Below are positions 50,062 to 59,843 of a stretch of DNA of 64,000 bases, piece by piece (the first letter of the stretch is position 1; each line of letters begins with the position of its first letter). This stretch comes from a virus (Duplodnaviria; Caudoviricetes), in the IMG/VR virus record IMGVR_UViG_3300026176_000228, positions 32,001 to 96,000 of that record; one strand, written 5' to 3'. Under the pieces are notes generated by a model that worked only from the letters and a program-made list of their open reading frames with translations, ran no database searches and had not been told where the DNA came from. Position numbers and translations under genes: made by a program.

Positions 50062-51723
50062 ATGGCAAACAAAGTCATCTGTCCTGAATGCGGTCGCGAC
50101 ATGCGACTTATCGGTGGCAAGAATGGCGATTTCTACGGCTGCACGGGTTATCCCGATAAGTGTCGCAAGACGCTCTCGCGCGATATGGCTCGCGCGTATA
50201 CACAGATTGACCCACAAGAACTCGAAAGCATGAAAACCAGTTTTCGACCTTCGCATTATCAACAAGCTCTCTTTGATGCGATTGAAGGCATTGATCAACG
50301 TCCTAAGCGTCATATTGTGATTGACGCTAAAGCAGGCAGTGGCAAAACGACTTCCATCGTGCAGGGTGTCTTGCGTATTCCCAATCGCGCACAGCAAAAA
50401 GTTGCCTTTGTCGCGTTCAATAATAACGTCGTAGATACCTTGCGCGACCGCTTGCCACCAGATTGCGATATTTCCACAACCCACAGTGCCGCCTTCAAGG
50501 ATGTACAGCGCCATCTTGGTTTTGTGCCTAAAATTGACAGATATAAAGTCAATGCTATTGCAGAGCGTTTTCTGCCTAAGCACCTAACCAATGTGGCTGC
50601 GGAGCTAGTGGATAAAGTTAAGAATACTCTCGCGCCAACCGACGAATTAACCCTGGAAGCTGTCTGCGACAAATACGACTTGGACATTACTAAAGAGATG
50701 TCTGAGGATGCCAGTGAAGCCGAAATTGCTGAAGCCAAGGCGCGTGTTTACGCGGCTGTACCGCGAATTTTAGAAATCAACGCCGCAGAAACTTCTACGG
50801 TGGATTTCACGGATATGCTTTGGTTGCCAGTTTACAATAACTGGCCGATTCGTAAATTAGACTGGCTCTTGGCTGACGAAGTGCAAGATTGGAATCGTGG
50901 TCAAATCGAGTGGGGCTTGCGCGCGGGTAGTAGTGGTCATCTGGTAGCCGTGGGCGATCCAGACCAGTCCATCTACGGCTGGCGTGGCGCAGACACCAGC
51001 GCGATGGATAATCTAACGCGCAGTCTGGATGCTGATGTTTTACCATTGTCAATTTGTTATCGTTGCCCGACGTCACATATCGAACTGGCACAGCAAATTG
51101 TACCTGAAATCGAAGCTGCGCCTAACGCTAAGCCAGGTGTTCTAGGCTGGATGGGAATGCATGAATTGACTTACCATCCCCAACATCCCGTACCGGGTGA
51201 CTTGATTCTCTGTCGTGTCAATGCGCCATTGATCAAGTATGCATACGCGTTTCTACGTGAGAATCTACCAGTTACAATTCGAGGCCGCGATATCGGAGAG
51301 GGTCTACTGGCTCTTATCAAAAAACTCAAGGCTGATTCGCTAGACGAACTAGCATTCAAGGCGCGCGCGTATTACGAAAAAGAATATGCTAAATTAATGA
51401 AAAATGATAAAGAAGGTCGCGCTAATGCCTTGACTGACCGCATTGATACTCTACTGGCTTTGATTGAAGGCGTTGATAGTCTGCATCAACTGATTTATCG
51501 GATTGATACTCTGTTTCCGCGACAAAAGGATTCTCAGAGTATCGTCTTATCTACGGTACATCGCGCGAAAGGTGACGAAGCACGTCGCGTGTTTATCCTG
51601 CGTCCTGATTTGATTCCCCATCCGCGCGCGCATACCGAAGATCAGATTCGCGGCGAAAAATGTGTCAAATATGTCGCACTCACCAGGGCTAAAGAAGAAC
51701 TCTGGTTTGTAGAAAGGTCGTAA
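50062..51723 (+). CDS. UvrD/Rep-like SF1 helicase with N-terminal topoisomerase-type Zn finger
   Basis: AKAGSGKT, DEVQD, VGDPDQSIYGWRGA, YRCP, STVHRAKG and YVALTRAK; FYGCTGYPDKC. Confidence 0.93.
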   Translation: MANKVICPECGRDMRLIGGKNGDFYGCTGYPDKCRKTLSRDMARAYTQIDPQELESMKTSFRPSHYQQALFDAIEGIDQRPKRHIVIDAKAGSGKTTSIVQGVLRIPNRAQQKVAFVAFNNNVVDTLRDRLPPDCDISTTHSAAFKDVQRHLGFVPKIDRYKVNAIAERFLPKHLTNVAAELVDKVKNTLAPTDELTLEAVCDKYDLDITKEMSEDASEAEIAEAKARVYAAVPRILEINAAETSTVDFTDMLWLPVYNNWPIRKLDWLLADEVQDWNRGQIEWGLRAGSSGHLVAVGDPDQSIYGWRGADTSAMDNLTRSLDADVLPLSICYRCPTSHIELAQQIVPEIEAAPNAKPGVLGWMGMHELTYHPQHPVPGDLILCRVNAPLIKYAYAFLRENLPVTIRGRDIGEGLLALIKKLKADSLDELAFKARAYYEKEYAKLMKNDKEGRANALTDRIDTLLALIEGVDSLHQLIYRIDTLFPRQKDSQSIVLSTVHRAKGDEARRVFILRPDLIPHPRAHTEDQIRGEKCVKYVALTRAKEELWFVERS

Positions 51724-51990
51724 AAACGTAAGGAAGGTGATTTATGACTATTATCTTTAACGAAGATCATGTCAAGCACGCACTCGAACTACTGACCCAC
51801 ATGGGTGGTGGTATCACATTCTGTGATTTTCCTACCAAGCACAGGGATTATCAGGTCAGTTTTGAGGATACTGATACAGATCAAGAACTGGTTATCTGTG
51901 CTAAGTGCTTGGAATGGCAATTGAAACAAGTGGTAATTGGAGAAAGTTGATCGAAGCTATTTAGTATATGCCAAATTAGAAAGGACAACT

Positions 51991-52371
51991 ATGCGCCCAA
52001 TAACCCATCTCTTACCTCTGATTGGCGTTATCGCGCGCGACCGCGACCACCGTCCGACCAAGCTGCATGTACCAGGCTCAGATGGCAAACACTATGATGT
52101 CCTGGTACGTCGTTCGCGTAAATTATACGAAGTTGAATGTCTCTTATCCGTCACTGGTACTTCACAGGAATCCTGTCCTGGCAATCTACACGGCATCTGT
52201 TATCACACACGCGCCGCGGTTGCTAAATGCGCGCTGGAACAGGGCTACAAGCATGTGTCCTTTTGTAGAACAGAACAGGACGCGCAGCGGATTCAGAACC
52301 TCACCCATGGCCGCGTAACGCGGGTTGCCTCGCGCCAATCAGGTGTGGTAATGTGGTTAGTGTACAGATGA
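51991..52371 (+). CDS. SWIM-like zinc finger protein
   Basis: C...CPGN...ICYH motif. Confidence 0.45.
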   Translation: MRPITHLLPLIGVIARDRDHRPTKLHVPGSDGKHYDVLVRRSRKLYEVECLLSVTGTSQESCPGNLHGICYHTRAAVAKCALEQGYKHVSFCRTEQDAQRIQNLTHGRVTRVASRQSGVVMWLVYR

Positions 52372-52399
52372 TAATTGTTTTTTTAGAAAGGATTAACCA

Positions 52400-53221
52400 A
52401 TGGGTACTGTAATTTTGGACGACTTACCAGATACTTATGATTTCGATGTAGTCGAGCCGGTGGTACAACCGCCGACCATTTCCGACCTGCTCCTGCAAGA
52501 AGCCGCTCAAGCTGAGGATTGGCTGTTCCGCGGTGAGATTCTAACTCTTTACAAGTGGTATGACATTTTCAATACTGTGATGTTCACGGACGCACCGCTA
52601 CCTCTACCCGTGATTGGTTTTGCGGGGATGAATAAGAAAACCCTCGCACGTTATAACATCGCGCGTAATGAGATTGGGTTGCGGAATTACATTTCGTTCA
52701 ATGAAAAACACTTTAATACCGCGGTGGGCGCGTGGGCTTACGGTCTGTGGAGCCAACTCGAATCTCTGCTCCACGAAATGGTCCACGCGTGGCAGCAGAC
52801 CTATGGCATAGATAAACTGGATGTGGCTAAGATTACGGCCCGTTATACTCACAATCCAGAGTTCATCGCCAAGTGTGAATTCTTCGGCTTGCATCCGCGC
52901 CCGCGCGTCGGCTCGCATATGCGTGTTGCGGATGGTTGGTTTGCGGACCTGATGGCTGAGTATGGCATCCCTGCGCCAGAGGGTGTCCCGACTGAAGTTG
53001 TGGGTAAGCAGAACTGGTGGCAGATGGAAAAGTCCTGGAAAACTTCTAATCGCGCGCACAAGTGGCAGTGTCCTTGCGGGCAAATCGTACGCGTAACTAA
53101 GGCTGATTTTCCAGGCTGTATTTGTATATCTTGTGGCGAGGCTTTTGTAGATATGACCGCGCTGGAGAGCGCAGAAAGCAGTTATGATGAACCAACCGAA
53201 GACACTCCTGACGGGAGTTAA
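52400..53221 (+). CDS. SprT-like metalloprotease
   Basis: LLHEMVHAWQ, THNPEF and C-terminal CPCG...CISC. Confidence 0.8.
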   Translation: MGTVILDDLPDTYDFDVVEPVVQPPTISDLLLQEAAQAEDWLFRGEILTLYKWYDIFNTVMFTDAPLPLPVIGFAGMNKKTLARYNIARNEIGLRNYISFNEKHFNTAVGAWAYGLWSQLESLLHEMVHAWQQTYGIDKLDVAKITARYTHNPEFIAKCEFFGLHPRPRVGSHMRVADGWFADLMAEYGIPAPEGVPTEVVGKQNWWQMEKSWKTSNRAHKWQCPCGQIVRVTKADFPGCICISCGEAFVDMTALESAESSYDEPTEDTPDGS

Positions 53222-53873
53222 GTTTGAGACGCGTACTGAAGAACGCGTTGAGCGTGTCGTGGGTTTACGTTATCCTTATGGTGACGCGATTATGCGCGCG
53301 CGGATGACTGTCTATTTGCCACTCCTTCGTGGTAGAGTAGAAATTTGGGAGAATCACGAATGGCGTTTGATTTCAGATAATTTCAATGGCAGTGGAAACA
53401 ATGTCGAAGAAGTTTTCAACCAAATGCTCAAGGTCGCGACGGGCTTTTGTGGCTAGATAAACTTTCTCTATTATAAGATTTGACTCTATATAGAAAAAGT
53501 TTACAGGGAGAGATTATGACATATGGTTTAGTCTTTACTTTTCATACTGAATATCTCGCGATTACCTATCGCACCGCGACGGAAGCTGAGACTATTCGCG
53601 TGTCCTATGATGGCACAGGGATTGATGCCTCGACTGGCGCGAGTCTTTTCTGGAGCCTGAGCTTGTTATCACCGACGCTAACTGATGTAGTGCGCGATTA
53701 TGATAACTGGCAAGTCAGGCTTTTTCCCTTGGAGCTATGATGTTAGTGGATTTTGTGATTAGTTGTATTGTGATATTGGTTATCATAGGGGCCGTACTGG
53801 GTTTGTTGAACGCTGTTCTGTCGATTCTGCTGGATATCTTAGATATCTTCAATCCTAAACTGTGAGGTTGCAC

Positions 53874-54119
53874 ATGGATGCTGCAAAACGCCGTGAAATC
53901 TCATCTCTAGGTGGTCAAGCCGTAGTCGAAAAATACGGTAAAGCTTATATGGCCGAACTAGGCCGCAGAGGTTTAGAAGGCTTAGCTGAGAAGTATTTTC
54001 AGGGCAATCGAGAAGCCGCGCTGGAATGGTTAGGTCAATGTGGCGCATACGCGTATGACACACAATTTCGGGAACGCGGCTGGGGCGTGATGCCCCAACC
54101 GCCTAAATTGAAAGGTTAG
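53874..54119 (+). CDS. KGG-repeat-like small protein
   Basis: RREISSLGGQAV...YMAELGRRG. Confidence 0.5.
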   Translation: MDAAKRREISSLGGQAVVEKYGKAYMAELGRRGLEGLAEKYFQGNREAALEWLGQCGAYAYDTQFRERGWGVMPQPPKLKG

Positions 54120-55095
54120 GAAAATGTTTCATAACGAATCAGCCAAACGAGCCAATAGTATCGGTGAGCAGTTGAAGAATATTATTGACGGGATTAATGC
54201 AGGTAATAAGTTAGACGAATCTCTGGTTGCACTAACACTAATGATTACGCGCTTGGCGTTGAGTATAATGGCAGAAGAACTGGAATCCGCGACTCACTGC
54301 CCTGCTTGTCATGCAGAACTCCATCGCGCGTGTTCTAACTGTGATACTTGGGACTTCAATCGTGAGTGATAGACTGGCGGATACTATTGCCCGCTTGAAG
54401 GCTGAGGGTCTACCCCGCGCGGTGGACTTCAAGCCCTCTTCGCCACAGCTGACTGAATTTCGCGAAGTCTTACATGGACAGATTACCAATCTGCCCTTTG
54501 GCAGTCTGGTAACGCGACAAACGTTGCGCGCGCTATCTATGGTCAGTGCAGGTGTCTTGCGCGAACTGCTACAGTGGGCAGTTAGTGAGGACTGGAGCGC
54601 CAAGCCACAACACAAGACGATTGTCAGGGAGAAGCTGTGGCGCGCGTATATGAAAGGACTGTATCGCTGATGAATCCTAATGCCTATATCTGGCGCGACG
54701 CTCACGACCGCAGTATATTGCATATTGCCGATAGTAATATATCGGTCTGGTTCAGTTTACCCGAAGAAGGTATCTGGTCACTCTTTGGTCAAGAGCTTTA
54801 TAAACGCGCGCGCGAGGCTGTCACGACTGAACCCATGCCAGTTTATCTACAGTTGGTCTTGACGCAATAATTGTTTTTGGCATATGCCAAATCAAGAAAG
54901 GTAAATCAAATAACATGATTACACATTGTGATTGTCACAACGCTTTTCAGGACGCGCGTTACGGTACAGGTATGCGCGTGCATAATTGGGCACCCAAAGC
55001 TCTAGGTGGCGCGGGTGGCTACCGCTGTACGGTCTGCCAGAAAATCAAAGCTGGCCCTAAGCCAGCTACTGAAGTTACCAAAGCGAAGAAATAGT

Positions 55096-57927
55096 TTACT
55101 GTTTCCAGCGTGAAGTTCTAGGTGGCCTGCTAACTGTCCAGCGTGACTTAGCCAGGCCACCTTCCGCTTCTGTCTGCCCCAAGCGTTTGAGTTCATACAT
55201 AGACTCATCTTCTAGCGCGCCAGTGGGCAGAGCAAAGGTCATCGCGAGACTATCCGCGGTATCTGGTGAACGCCCTAAACGCGCGCGAATATCATCCTTA
55301 CTCTCTAGCAGAATCCGGCCATACATATCTGGCGCAAACTTGGGCATAATCAAATCAGCTTGTAGACGCGGGTCATTCGGGATGGCAAGCTTGCCTTCGC
55401 GCAGTAGTTCACGTACTTTCCACCAACACTCCGCGCGCAGATTGGCAAAACGCTTCTTCTGTACGGCTGAGCGCGCGAAGTTGACCGCCACAACTGGTAA
55501 ACCCATGACTCTGGCTCTGTCGGTTGCTCCCGCGCCTGATCCCACGTCATCAATATAGACTTTACTGGCATGAAACTCACGCGTCTGCAACGCTAACCAC
55601 TCAGTAATCTGCTGCGTATCCTGGCCGCGTAGCCGCGTGAGATGCGTCACCTGCATACCCTGACGCACACATAATGAGTTATCATCGCCGTTGCGTGGCG
55701 CAGGGTCCAGGCCAATGACGACTTCACTGCCGCGTTCGTTTAGCACGCGTTCCTGTGCGGCAAGCACCCAACTGAGTTTGATAAGCTGGTCCTCAGCCTG
55801 CTCAGGTGGGATACCCAAAACCTTAGCCTGGAAGATGGGCATCGGTTCGTAATATTTATCAATCCAGGGCAGATGCACCGCGTTGGGTGTACCCGGCGCA
55901 ACTTCAGTCGCCCATTCCTTAGCGCGTTCTTCCACCCAAGAGCGCGTGACCGCACCAGGAATAACCTCGTGCCCCTCTTTGACATTGGGATGGTCAAAAG
56001 CGGAGATACGAATATGGTGCCAGGATGGATTCAGGGTCGCGTCATAAAATGGCCCCGCTTGTTCAACGGGGTTGCCAATCGCGAGGATGCGGCACTGGTC
56101 GCCTACTGCGAGGCCATTGACGCTATCCCAAATGGCTTTTGGTAAACCCGCAGCTTCATCCATAATGACCAGCATACGCGGGCCGTGGAAGCCTTGTAGA
56201 GTTGAGATAGTATCGCCATCGCGTCCGGTGTCTTTTTTAGGTGAAAGACCAATGGCATAATGGTCGGAAGCGATTTCCCAACGGGGTGTCTCAAAGACTT
56301 GACCGGGTAAGTTAGCCTTACGCGCCGCGGTACGCATATACCGCCAGATGATGTTGGCAACCTGATTGAAGGTATTGCCACTCCAGATGTATTTGCCATT
56401 ACGCCTGACTAACACGATACCAGATGGCACTGAAACACAGTATACGTAACCGGAATATGGTTGCTTGTACCAACCAGGACATAAATTAGTTCTATTTTGA
56501 TGCTTTATCCGATTTATGGCAACTGGAAATTCACCACGTTTTTTCCAGAAACCAACTTGGTACATGTCTTGATTTTTATAGACATGCCCATTGACTGCTG
56601 TATCAAGTACAGTATGATTCACATTGGCTATGATGCCACATTTCAAAGCCAATACCTGTAAATCACCAGCTAATTCACGGTTGCAGGAATAGAGACGCGT
56701 GCTGCCATTCTTATCCGTACCACCATCGCCCATTTCAAAACCGCGCAAGAACGCTTTGATAATAGGCGTTTCAGCATTACTAATAATATCTGGCACGCGC
56801 TTGGTATGAGAGTTACCGTACACCACGAATTCGGTTGCCATTTCCAGGCTATTGATAGTATAGTCATAGCAACCAGGATTTTGATGTTTTTCTTGCTTTT
56901 TAGCTCTTTTCTCCAATCCAACTCTCTCTAGTAAATCTTCGATGTATTGGGTATTTCTACCTGTTACCGTAACGCGATAATGCCTTCTAACTGGTTCTAC
57001 CTGAGCATAACCTTCGGCAAACCAGAAACCTAAGAACTCAGCCCAATTTTCATCAATACCAGTATCTTCACCTTGCCAACCAGCTATTTTTCTAAATCTA
57101 CCGTTTTTGCCATAAATTTCACTGGCAGCATAAACATCATTTCTGAATTCTTTGCGCCAGATAGTTCTATCAAAGAGACAGCGATGGTTAGGCGTAACCA
57201 GGAAATCAACTAGCTGACTCTTGAATCCAATCATTTCTCCTTCATATGGAAATTCCACTATGCCAGTGGGCTGTACGTACTCTAGATTGTCATTATTTAG
57301 TTGCGCTACCTTATCAGTTATAGATAAATCTTTGAATAATTTCCAACCTGAATCGGTTAGAATTTCAGTTTGATCATCATAGCAAGGAGCAACCGTAATA
57401 ACGATAGATGGACTATGAACCGTGAGAAACCAGCACGCGAGCGCACTAGCTGACACGCTTTTACCCGTTCCGAAGGAACTCTCTACCACGGTGTTGTGGT
57501 TCTTCTCAACTGAGTGACAAATCTCAGCCAGTTTATCCCACATCGCATACCCCAGGGTATCGCGCATGAACTCAACCGGGTCAGTGGGAAAACCCTTACT
57601 TTCAGTCTGCTCTTGATAACCCGCGATACCCTGCTGCCAATCGGGAGTAGACTGTAATAGTTGCGCAATCGTCTCCGCGGGCAGAAAAGGCATGAGTTTG
57701 AGTAAATCTTCCTGCGAGGCATTTTTCTTCTTGTTACGACCCGCGTTAGTCGCGACCTTCTCCGTCACCGGCGCAGCCACATGCGCAGATACTTTCTGCG
57801 CTTCAGCGACTTGTGCCGCTTTAGCCGCGCGGACTTGATCGCGCGCGAGAGCTTTCTTTTCTAGCAGCGTAGGTAACGGGGTGCCATCCTCTGCTACAGT
57901 CTTACGGGGTGGACTAGCGCGTTTCAT
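55096..57927 (-). CDS. terL: Terminase large subunit containing an intein
   Basis: Walker A SSFGTGKS, Walker B IMDEAAG, IGNP, nuclease IGLDPA and SPDTADSL; likely start MKRASPP. Confidence 0.92.
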   Translation of the reverse strand: MKRASPPRKTVAEDGTPLPTLLEKKALARDQVRAAKAAQVAEAQKVSAHVAAPVTEKVATNAGRNKKKNASQEDLLKLMPFLPAETIAQLLQSTPDWQQGIAGYQEQTESKGFPTDPVEFMRDTLGYAMWDKLAEICHSVEKNHNTVVESSFGTGKSVSASALACWFLTVHSPSIVITVAPCYDDQTEILTDSGWKLFKDLSITDKVAQLNNDNLEYVQPTGIVEFPYEGEMIGFKSQLVDFLVTPNHRCLFDRTIWRKEFRNDVYAASEIYGKNGRFRKIAGWQGEDTGIDENWAEFLGFWFAEGYAQVEPVRRHYRVTVTGRNTQYIEDLLERVGLEKRAKKQEKHQNPGCYDYTINSLEMATEFVVYGNSHTKRVPDIISNAETPIIKAFLRGFEMGDGGTDKNGSTRLYSCNRELAGDLQVLALKCGIIANVNHTVLDTAVNGHVYKNQDMYQVGFWKKRGEFPVAINRIKHQNRTNLCPGWYKQPYSGYVYCVSVPSGIVLVRRNGKYIWSGNTFNQVANIIWRYMRTAARKANLPGQVFETPRWEIASDHYAIGLSPKKDTGRDGDTISTLQGFHGPRMLVIMDEAAGLPKAIWDSVNGLAVGDQCRILAIGNPVEQAGPFYDATLNPSWHHIRISAFDHPNVKEGHEVIPGAVTRSWVEERAKEWATEVAPGTPNAVHLPWIDKYYEPMPIFQAKVLGIPPEQAEDQLIKLSWVLAAQERVLNERGSEVVIGLDPAPRNGDDNSLCVRQGMQVTHLTRLRGQDTQQITEWLALQTREFHASKVYIDDVGSGAGATDRARVMGLPVVAVNFARSAVQKKRFANLRAECWWKVRELLREGKLAIPNDPRLQADLIMPKFAPDMYGRILLESKDDIRARLGRSPDTADSLAMTFALPTGALEDESMYELKRLGQTEAEGGLAKSRWTVSRPPRTSRWKQ
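56374..57384 (-). mobile_element. Intein with LAGLIDADG endonuclease (337 aa) in TerL
   Basis: VAP|CYDDQTEILT...VTPNH...FLGFWFAEG...FLRGFEMGDG...VYCVSV...WSGN|T. Confidence 0.92.
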
Positions 57928-58522
57928 TAACCACCGTGTACTCACCCTCAATCGTCTCACTGTTTTGTAACAGACGTTTTTGGGTCATCAATTCAATGAC
58001 TTGCAGGCGTTTGGCTTCCGGTAACGCAGCCAAGGCTTCTTGCACCTGCATCGCGGAGAGGTTGAAAATCTGTGGAATAGACTTAGCTTGCAGTTCTGAC
58101 GCGATGCGCGCGAGGTTTGCAGCTTCGCCAGGTGAAAGTTCTAGGGCTTCATCATCAATGTTGTCCAGGGCGCGGTTAGCCTTCTTACGTAACCGTGCAC
58201 CGATTTCGTAATCCTGCTCACGCCATTCCCAATCACGCTCAGCCCAATTAACATAGCGACTTTTTAGTTCCGCAATATCTCTGGCTGCGGCGCGTTCAGC
58301 CCAGCGGTATTCATCGGCAGTGCGCGAGAAACTGGATGATACCTGCCCACCTTCACGCGCGGTACCTTTAGTCCACTCACGCCAGGCTTTTCTGTAGGTG
58401 CGGTCGATGGGGCGTAAATTGGCATATACCAAAAACGCGGCATAGTCGCCCGCAGGTTCGCCTGCGGCCTCTTGCCATTCCCAAATCGGGTCGGTAAATT
58501 CAAGTTCTTCTCGTTGCGTCAT
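57914..58522 (-). CDS. Terminase small subunit (putative)
   Basis: WE...GE...YAAFLVY...YRWAERAAARD pattern; immediately upstream of terL. Confidence 0.7.
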   Translation of the reverse strand: MTQREELEFTDPIWEWQEAAGEPAGDYAAFLVYANLRPIDRTYRKAWREWTKGTAREGGQVSSSFSRTADEYRWAERAAARDIAELKSRYVNWAERDWEWREQDYEIGARLRKKANRALDNIDDEALELSPGEAANLARIASELQAKSIPQIFNLSAMQVQEALAALPEAKRLQVIELMTQKRLLQNSETIEGEYTVVNETR

Positions 58523-58561
58523 TTCACTAATCTTATCTATAATCCTTTACAGGAGTTAGCA

Positions 58562-58786
58562 ATGCTTTTTATTGTACGTCGCAAATCTATAGTTAAAGCC
58601 CTAGCTGCCTACTGTGGCGGTAACTGGACTTATGCGCCGGATATCCACCAATGGATATGCGATGATGGTCGTTATGTTTGTCGCGTGGCTTGCTCGTTAC
58701 ACGATGACGTATGTAACTGTCAGCCGCGCTATTGTCTTTATAGTAATGACCAGACCCCACAATGGATTTACTTTATTTTTGCGTGA
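58562..58786 (+). CDS. Small Cys-rich hypothetical protein, antisense to the packaging operon
   Basis: CAGGAG RBS and TATAAT upstream; fills the gap between two minus-strand genes. Confidence 0.55.
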   Translation: MLFIVRRKSIVKALAAYCGGNWTYAPDIHQWICDDGRYVCRVACSLHDDVCNCQPRYCLYSNDQTPQWIYFIFA

Positions 58787-59843
58787 GTCGTTCCATCACT
58801 TTCGCGGCCATCTCTAAATTATCGAAACCGGTCATGCTGTTTGTTTCAGCGTCGAAGATAATCGCAATCGCGGTACTGGTATTCGGTTTGGGATAACCGT
58901 TCTGGCGCGCATAACTGTCTACGCGCTTATAGGAACCACACAGACCCGCAATACCATTACAGCCTGCCACGTTGAAGGTTCTGACGACGCCGCTGCGATG
59001 GGTATGCGCGCCCACACCCCACACAAAGTCCTGGTCAAAGCGCGCAGCCTTCTCAATGCCATGGGTGTCATTGATTTCCGACCGCCCGCGCCAATTATGC
59101 CGCAAACGGCCTGCAAAATCAACCCCCTTGACGCGTAAGGTTACGCGACAGTCATACGCGTCATGCAGGATGGTCGGTGTAATGTCCTTGATGAGTTCGC
59201 GCTGCCAATTCATGCCCGTCATCAACATCGTCCAGAGGTCATGATTGCCATCCACGGCTAACCGCCACTTAGGAGCCAATCTCTGCATGTACTGTTTGCC
59301 GAGAATGATTTCTTCTTGAATTGACATGGGGGTGTCAAAGCGAATGGCGCGCATCTTCTCCAGAATGAAATTGTCAAACATATCACCTACGGTCGCGACG
59401 ATGGTCTGCGGCATCTCTGCGATAATATCCGCTTCCGTAAACGCGCGGGCTACATCGGTGCCTGCGTTGCCAAAATGTTGGTCTGCAACATACACCACAC
59501 AGGCGGGTGAAAAATCCAGAGTTACAATCTGGTCATGCCTGCGCGCGTCTAACTGATTACTATACCGATACGCGCTGAGAGCCTTATCTAAAATAGCCTG
59601 TTCGTCCAAGGGTTCGTTGAGTGTCACCCCCTGGATACTAATATCTGGCGCAACCTCTTGAGTGACCTGTTGTGCCAGATAGGTATCGCGCGCCTGTTGC
59701 GCTTCCTCTAAGGTTTTATAAGTACCAAGATGGCGTCTATTGATGCGCAGACGATAATTACCACTATCACGTCGTTCGATATGCCTAAGCGGTGCGTCCT
59801 GTAGGCCGCTGGCCGGTGCCATTGGTTGGGCTGGACTGGACAT
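58773..59843 (-). CDS. Calcineurin-like metallophosphoesterase with N-terminal AP2-like domain
   Basis: DQHFG, GDMFDN, GNHD and GAHTH; HLGTYKTLEEAQQAR. Confidence 0.8.
   Translation of the reverse strand: MSSPAQPMAPASGLQDAPLRHIERRDSGNYRLRINRRHLGTYKTLEEAQQARDTYLAQQVTQEVAPDISIQGVTLNEPLDEQAILDKALSAYRYSNQLDARRHDQIVTLDFSPACVVYVADQHFGNAGTDVARAFTEADIIAEMPQTIVATVGDMFDNFILEKMRAIRFDTPMSIQEEIILGKQYMQRLAPKWRLAVDGNHDLWTMLMTGMNWQRELIKDITPTILHDAYDCRVTLRVKGVDFAGRLRHNWRGRSEINDTHGIEKAARFDQDFVWGVGAHTHRSGVVRTFNVAGCNGIAGLCGSYKRVDSYARQNGYPKPNTSTAIAIIFDAETNSMTGFDNLEMAAKVMERLTQK

Larger units (their letters stand above)
31850..54891. repeat. Dispersed 16-bp palindrome TTTRGCATATGCYAAA punctuating the early gene array
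   Basis: Copies start at 31850, 33433, 33598, 33792, 33903, 34219, 34464, 34850, 34890, 35282, 35634, 36254, 36542, 36971, 37509, 37655, 38120, 38479, 38954, 39490, 39854, 40277, 40743, 41006, 41532, 42106, 42368, 44604, 45188, 46223, 46428, 47098, 48083, 49381, 50014 and 54876. Outliers at 8431 and 26419. Degenerate copies at 35253, 41811, 51960, 58418 and 61147. Confidence 0.97.
33938..55094 (+). other. Early/host-takeover array of ~50 mostly small plus-strand genes
   Basis: Co-oriented ORFs of 40-550 aa, most with an AAAGGA(G) RBS just after a palindrome. Confidence 0.85.
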
